Assembly (NCBI RefSeq): GCF_009914755.1
Contig: NC_060928.1
DNA: 64,000 bases
Strand: one strand, 5' to 3'
Source of the DNA: the human T2T-CHM13v2.0 reference genome, Homo sapiens
Each line of letters begins with the position of its first letter. The stretch's first letter is position 1. The notes below the pieces were generated by a model, which worked only from the letters and a program-made list of their open reading frames with translations, did not search any database and was not told the DNA's origin. Positions 57,790 to 64,000 of this stretch are shown here, piece after piece. The position numbers and the translations under genes were made by a program.

Positions 57790-58895
57790 CTATTGTAAAT
57801 ATATTTCTTCTGTTTTACTTTTTTCCATTTTTATTTAGAATTGCGTACAGGTTTGTTACAAAGGTATACTGTATGATGCTGAGGTTTGGAGGAGGAATGA
57901 ATCTGTAACCCAAGTAGTGAGCGTAGTACGCCAATAGGCAGTTTATTTCAACCCTTAGCACCCTCTCTCCCTCTCCTCTCTTGTATGCCCAGTATCTGTT
58001 GTTCCCATTTTTATGTCCATGTTTACCCAATGTTTAGTTCCCACTTATAAGTGAGAACTTGTGATATTTGGTTTTCTGTTTCTTCGTTAGTTCACTTAGG
58101 ATAATGGTTTCCAGCTGCATCTATGTTGCAGCAGAGGACATTATTTCATTCTTTTTGATGGTGGCATAGTATTCCATGGTATATATGTACCACTTTTGCT
58201 TTACCCAGTCCACCATCGATGGCCACTTGGGTTGATTTCATGTCTTTACTATTGTGAATAGCACTGAAATGAACATATAGGTGTATGTGTCTTTTTGCTA
58301 GAATAATTTCTTTTCCTTTGGATATATACCTATTAGTGGGACTGCTGGGTTGAATAGTGGTTCAACTCTCACTTCCTTGAGAAATCTCCAAATTGCTCTC
58401 CACAGTGGCTGAACTAATTTACATTCCCATTAACAGTGATTAAGTGTTCCCTTTTCTCCTTGGCCTCACCAACATCTGTTATTTTTTGACTTTTTAACAA
58501 AAGCTATTCTGACTAGTGTGAGATGGTATTTCACTGTGGTTTTGATATGCATTTCTCTGATGATTGGTGATGATGAGCATTTTTTCATATGTTTGTTGGC
58601 ATCTTGTATGTCTTCTTTTGAGAAGTATCTGTTCATGTCCTTTGCCCCTTTTTTAATTGTTTATTTGGTTTTTTGCTTGTTGACTTGTTTAAGTTCCTTA
58701 TAGATTCTGGATAACAGACCTTTGTCAGATGCACAGTTTGTGAATATTTTATCCCTTTCTGTAGGTTGTCTGTTTACTCCCTTGATAGTTTCTTTTGCTG
58801 TGTAGAAGTTCTCTAGTTTAATTAGGTCTCATTTGTCAATTTTTGTTTTTGTTGCAATTGCTTTTGAAGACTTGACCATAAATTATCTGCTAAGG
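57790..58895 (-). mobile_element. Old L1PA (about PA16/17), 5'-truncated
   Basis: GATGCTGAGGTTTGG 3'UTR type; ORF2 C-terminal homology; ends at third TSD copy 58896-58910. Confidence 0.85.
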
Positions 58896-59561
58896 TCTGG
58901 GACCTCTTTTGTAAGGGCATTAATCCTATTCATGAAGACAGAGCCTTGATCACCTCCCAAAGGCTTCACCTCCTAATACAATTACAGTGGTGATCAAGTG
59001 TCAACATATGAATTTGGGGGAACACAAGCATTTAGACCATAGTACATACCAAGTGTTATTTCTCTGTGAAAGTGTAGGAATACTACATGGATAGACACAT
59101 GGTGAGTATGCAAACGGTCGTAGTCTTTTTAAAGCAATTTGGTAATATATTTCAGGAGCATTCATGCAGGCAATTTCAATCCCAGAAAACAATCAGATAT
59201 GTAGAGCAAACTTAAGTGCAAAGTTGTTTATTACAAATTGTGTAACAGTAAAAACTGAACACCAATTTATTATCTCCATGTGAGTGTGGTTAATTAAATA
59301 ATGGTGCATTCATATAAGAAAATATTATACAGTTTTAACATTTGAGGACAATTTTAATTACATAATGATAAATGGAAAAAGAAAACAGGATCAATTAATT
59401 GATTAAAACCATGCCTTTTACAAAAAGTATTACAAATAGTTTATAAGGATTCATAAATTTACTCTGAGAGAAAAAAATATATGTGGAGGTACAGAAATGA
59501 ATTCAGAACAAGGATCAGAAAACAAATTTCAAGACTGCAAATATACTTTTTGCTGAGGAGC

Positions 59562-59647
59562 TACATCTCTTATTCTATACTTACTACATCTCTTATTCTA
59601 TTACATCTCTTATTCTTATTACATCTCTTATTACATCTCTTATTCTA
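59562..59647. repeat. Short tandem repeat of TACATCTCTTATT
   Basis: About five imperfect copies. Confidence 0.85.
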
Positions 59648-60779
59648 TAAAAAGAAAATCAGATCAATAGTTAAGTAGGTCAGCCCCATCCACAACATAA
59701 AAACAATGACTTATGTAGGAGAAATGTTCATTTTTAGTACCAAAATTAGCAAGAAATATGTCAATAGGCTCCTCATAATAGAATATCGTATAATAGGATA
59801 AGCAACATCCTCTACAGTGAACTTCATGAGACAATAATGAGTTTCAGTGCCCTCTTTTAATATTTATATATGGCTAATTATATGACACTGACATTATTGC
59901 AAAACATGTTTATTAAAATTATTTCTCCATGGGCATTTATAATTTGGTTCTTATAGCAGATTTTTGCTAATGTAGGGGAATGGAGGAATATTTTATATAT
60001 TTTAGGATACCTGTAAGAACAGATGTGCCCTGTAAGCAGTTATCTCCAAATCAAGTTCTTGATAACTATTGGCTGACAATAAAATATTGTCCAAAGTTTA
60101 TGAAATGTGACCTTATTATCTCTTTTATAAAATGTATGTATTTTTGCATAAAACGCACCAATGCATAAACAGACTGAAGAAATCATAAAAAAAGGTTTCT
60201 ATTGCCAGAAGACTCTGTGAGGTGCTGGGTCTTTCAGAAGTCTTAACAGGAGTGGTATACTCATACCCATCATTTGGCTTTTTCCTTTAAGCCATGTTTT
60301 CTTGTCAGCACCCTGGATTTTGTCTTTTTTTCCTATGGCCATTTCCTACATCGAGACTCTTTGACCAGCTAGAGATACTGTCTTAGGGCTGATGGAGTTT
60401 CTCAAAATTCTAAAAATGGAACAGTTTCTTTTTTAGGTCACGTTGCTCTTGTACTACCTTAACATATGCACAAATAAAAGAAGCCAATTAATACATTCAG
60501 CATTTGGCCTGAAAACCTCCTTAGCTAGGGCCACAAGTTCACCAAGAATGTTCTCTACATTCCAAGTTGCCGCAGTCGATAGTCTTGTTAATTTTTCCAG
60601 CACCGTTTAATAAGCATTTACCTTTCTCTAGCCTCTAATAGCAATTTTTTTCCCCTGTTCGTCAAGCTCTTACTAATAGTTTCCTCACTGGCTGCGCAGA
60701 CTCTGCCTGGTTCCAATACTAATACCCAAAACATATTTTAGGTTTTTGTTGCAGCAACACCCAATTTCTAGTATCAATG

Positions 60780-61315
60780 ACTGTTCGAGGTATCTATTGC
60801 TTCATACCAAACCCAATCCAAATGTTTTTAGTTTAAAACAACAACTTTTTCAGATTCTGCAAGTGGGCAATGCTCGGCAGAAAAGCTCTGTCTCTGTTCC
60901 ACTTGGTGTTGGATGCTACAATTTAGTGAAGCTGCAGTATCCTAGAGAGCTTTACTGACAAGACAGGTGCCTAAGTTGGGCTAGCTAGAATAGCCGATGG
61001 CTGATTGAGTCTCTTGTTTTCTCTTCTCAGTCTTGTATCCTTCAGGGCTCCTCCCTATAGCTGATGGTTGAAACTCTTTACACCGTGGCTCAGTACTGAA
61101 AGACAGTAAGGGTGGAAGCTACAAGACCTTTAAGGAGTAGGCCCAGAACTGGTGCGATGTCACATCCACTGCATACTCTTGGTCAATGGCAAATCACAAG
61201 ACCAATTCAGCTTAAAAAGGGGAGAAAGCTGACTCTACTTCTTGATAGAAGTAATGTTATAGATATATAAGGATGAGAGAAACTATCAACAGTCACGTCT
61301 GTGAACAATCTACCT
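60780..61315. mobile_element. Old MLT1-type LTR with adjacent internal sequence upstream
   Basis: TATCTATTGC...AAAACAACA start, ATCACAAG.CCA...CTACTTCTTGAT motifs, CTAGTATCAA junction. Confidence 0.6.
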
Positions 61316-61496
61316 TATTCACTCATTCAACAAATAATTTTGGAATGTTAACTATTTCTTAGACACTGTTCTGGATGAAAGAGACAAGGTGCATTCTCTT
61401 CTGGGGTTTGCCTTACAAGTCATGGGCAGATAAACAATAAACAGCAAATATATAAATAATTTTGAAAAGTAATGAGGGTGACATGCTAATATGCTA

Positions 61497-62015
<519 letters not shown>

Positions 62016-62106
62016 AGGAAGGAGGTCACTGTGACAGGAATGCAGTGAATGATGATGAATAGTGTCCACGGAGGTTGATTCTGTATAACTTGGCAGATTA
62101 TAATAA

Positions 62107-62464
62107 TTTTTTTTCTTTTTCTTTTTCTTTTACTTTTATTTTTTCTTTTTCTTCTTTTTTCTTTTTTCTTTTTTTTTTAAGAGTCTCCCTCTGTCACCCA
62201 GGCCAGAGTGCAGTGGTGCAATCTTGGCTCACTGCAACCTCTGTCCCTGGGTTCAAGCGATTCTCCTGCCTCAGCCTCCCAAGTGGCTGAGATTACAGGT
62301 GCATGCCACCATACCTGGCTAATTTTTGTATTTTATTTTTTTTAGTAGAGACAGGGTTTTGCCATGTTGGCTAGGCTGGTCTTGAACTCCTGACCTCAGG
62401 TGATCCACCCACCTCGGCCTCCCAAAGTGCTAGGATTAACAGGTGTGCACCACCACACCTGGCC
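62107..62464 (-). mobile_element. AluS/J with long T-rich tail
   Basis: Antisense Alu; TSD TATAATAA. Confidence 0.92.
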
Positions 62465-63386
62465 TATAATAAGAAATTTAGTTCTTATTCTAAGTGAAAT
62501 GGAAATCTGTCAAAATATTTTTAGCAAGTAAATGAAATAATTTTATTTATATGTTAAAAAGGTCATTCTGGCAACCGAAATATCCTTTTGATAAATTGTC
62601 AAGCTTGAATCCCTTGGTCTCCGGTGGCAGATATGCAAAATCCTGGATTCTGCTGATTCAAAGAAGGGGTTCCCAGATCCATGAATGGTGAGGTAATAAG
62701 AAGAGAATAACATATTTGTGGCAAAATGTAATTGTGAGATACACAGGGAGGGGAAAGAAAATCCATAATTTCCCAGAGGATGGTGAGGTTATTTTCAGAA
62801 ACTTGTCCAAGCAGAGTGTTCTGCCCCTATGTGTTTTTTTTTTAGTTAATTGGCTGTTTGATCTTTCACATGGTCAAGGCCTAGCTCAACTTTAGTCATT
62901 GGGATGTGGAGACAAACTGCCAGGGAACGTTCGTTAGTTCAAGTTTATCTCACCCAGGTTCTTTAATCCTTCCCCTGTTGTTTTCAATGTTTTGTACATA
63001 TCTGCCCTCTTCTGAAGAGCATCTGTGTTCTTAAATATGCCTGTGCTTTTGAAGCTATGGATCCGTTTGGGGTCCATAGCCTCAAAATGATAAAAATACA
63101 GACTGTGCATAATGCTTTGAATAGATATTAAGTTGTAAATACAGAAATGTTTCCTTGTGAAACATTTTAAAGAGTAAGAATGAATAAATATTTTCCCTGT
63201 TGATTCTAATAATGCTTATTTCTCACCAAAGAGTCAATAAGATTCAGGTTTTGTCTTTGTTAAAATATATTTATTAAAACCTAGAAAGAAGTTCCCACAG
63301 GTATTCTGCAAAGACAATCTCTAGTCACTGACATTGTACCTCTAATGTTAAGCCCTGAAATTTAATTTTTAAATAGCATTTTAAAA

Positions 63387-63500
63387 ATCATAAAGTTATT
63401 AAGTTTAATTTGATATCATAAAGTTATTAAGTTTAATTTGAATATTATTTAATTTAATACCATAAAGTTATTAAGTTTAATTTCAATATTATTAAAGTTA
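63387..63500. repeat. AT-rich ~28-bp tandem repeat
   Basis: CATAAAGTTATTAAGTTTAATTT occurs three times. Confidence 0.85.
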
Positions 63501-64000
63501 TATTTTGATTATAACGTTTTATGTACAATTTAGAATATGGAAGAATACAAGAAGGAAATATGAATATTTTAAAATTCGACACTCCAGAGAGCTCTTTCTA
63601 TACATAGCAGATAAATAAATAGATAAGCAGAGATTTAGATGTGTCAAAATTCAGCTATGTATAAAATATATCGGAACCATACAGCTTTTATATCTTACTT
63701 TTTCTCCTTCACATTATATCATGGACATTTTCCCATGTCATTAAGTAGTTTTCACTGTGTGTGATCTTCAGGACTATATAATGTGTGATCTTAAGGACTA
63801 TGTAATAATTCATTGTATCAGTACATTGGTTTCTTTAATTCTGCCCCATTTGTTTTCAATGTTTTGCACATATCTGTCCTCAGCTGAAGAGCATGTATTC
63901 ATACATCTGCCTGTGCTTTGGAAGCTATGGATCCATTTGGGATTTGGAAGATAATATTTCACATTTGAATGAGAAGAAACACTTTGTCCTGTGTGAGGGA

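Noticed and set aside
63387-63500. CRISPR-like repeats (also 59562-59647)
   Set aside because: AT-rich tandem repeats without unique spacers, in human intronic DNA

Overview
Human (primate) genomic DNA from the ARHGAP24 (FilGAP, Rho/Rac GAP) locus, with the gene on the + strand. The window holds the end of a long upstream intron, a 123-bp PH-domain exon (35134-35256), an alternative first coding exon for the PH-less short isoform (ATG 42417, donor after 42528, TATA box at 41823) and a 208-bp RhoGAP exon carrying the arginine finger (53551-53758). The rest is intronic and rich in repeats (L1, Alu, L2, MIR, MaLR/ERV1 LTRs, DNA transposons). Nearly all long ORFs in the track derive from L1, Alu or LTR sequence, or are chance ORFs. 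I find no evidence of a new protein-coding system. The unusual signal is retrotransposon and repair architecture: (1) a human-specific pre-Ta L1HS with a 5' inversion and a ~1.5 kb deletion; (2) one 15-bp target site present three times, implying two L1s hit the same nick, were truncated at almost the same point, and the older one carried a 3' transduction; (3) a near-perfect 108-bp templated insertion of flanking DNA inside the younger L1; (4) a doubly rearranged L1PA7-like 5' end; (5) a uORF-rich leader and tandem donor on the short-isoform exon. Repeat subfamily names and gene residue numbers are from recall of consensus features and were not verified by search.
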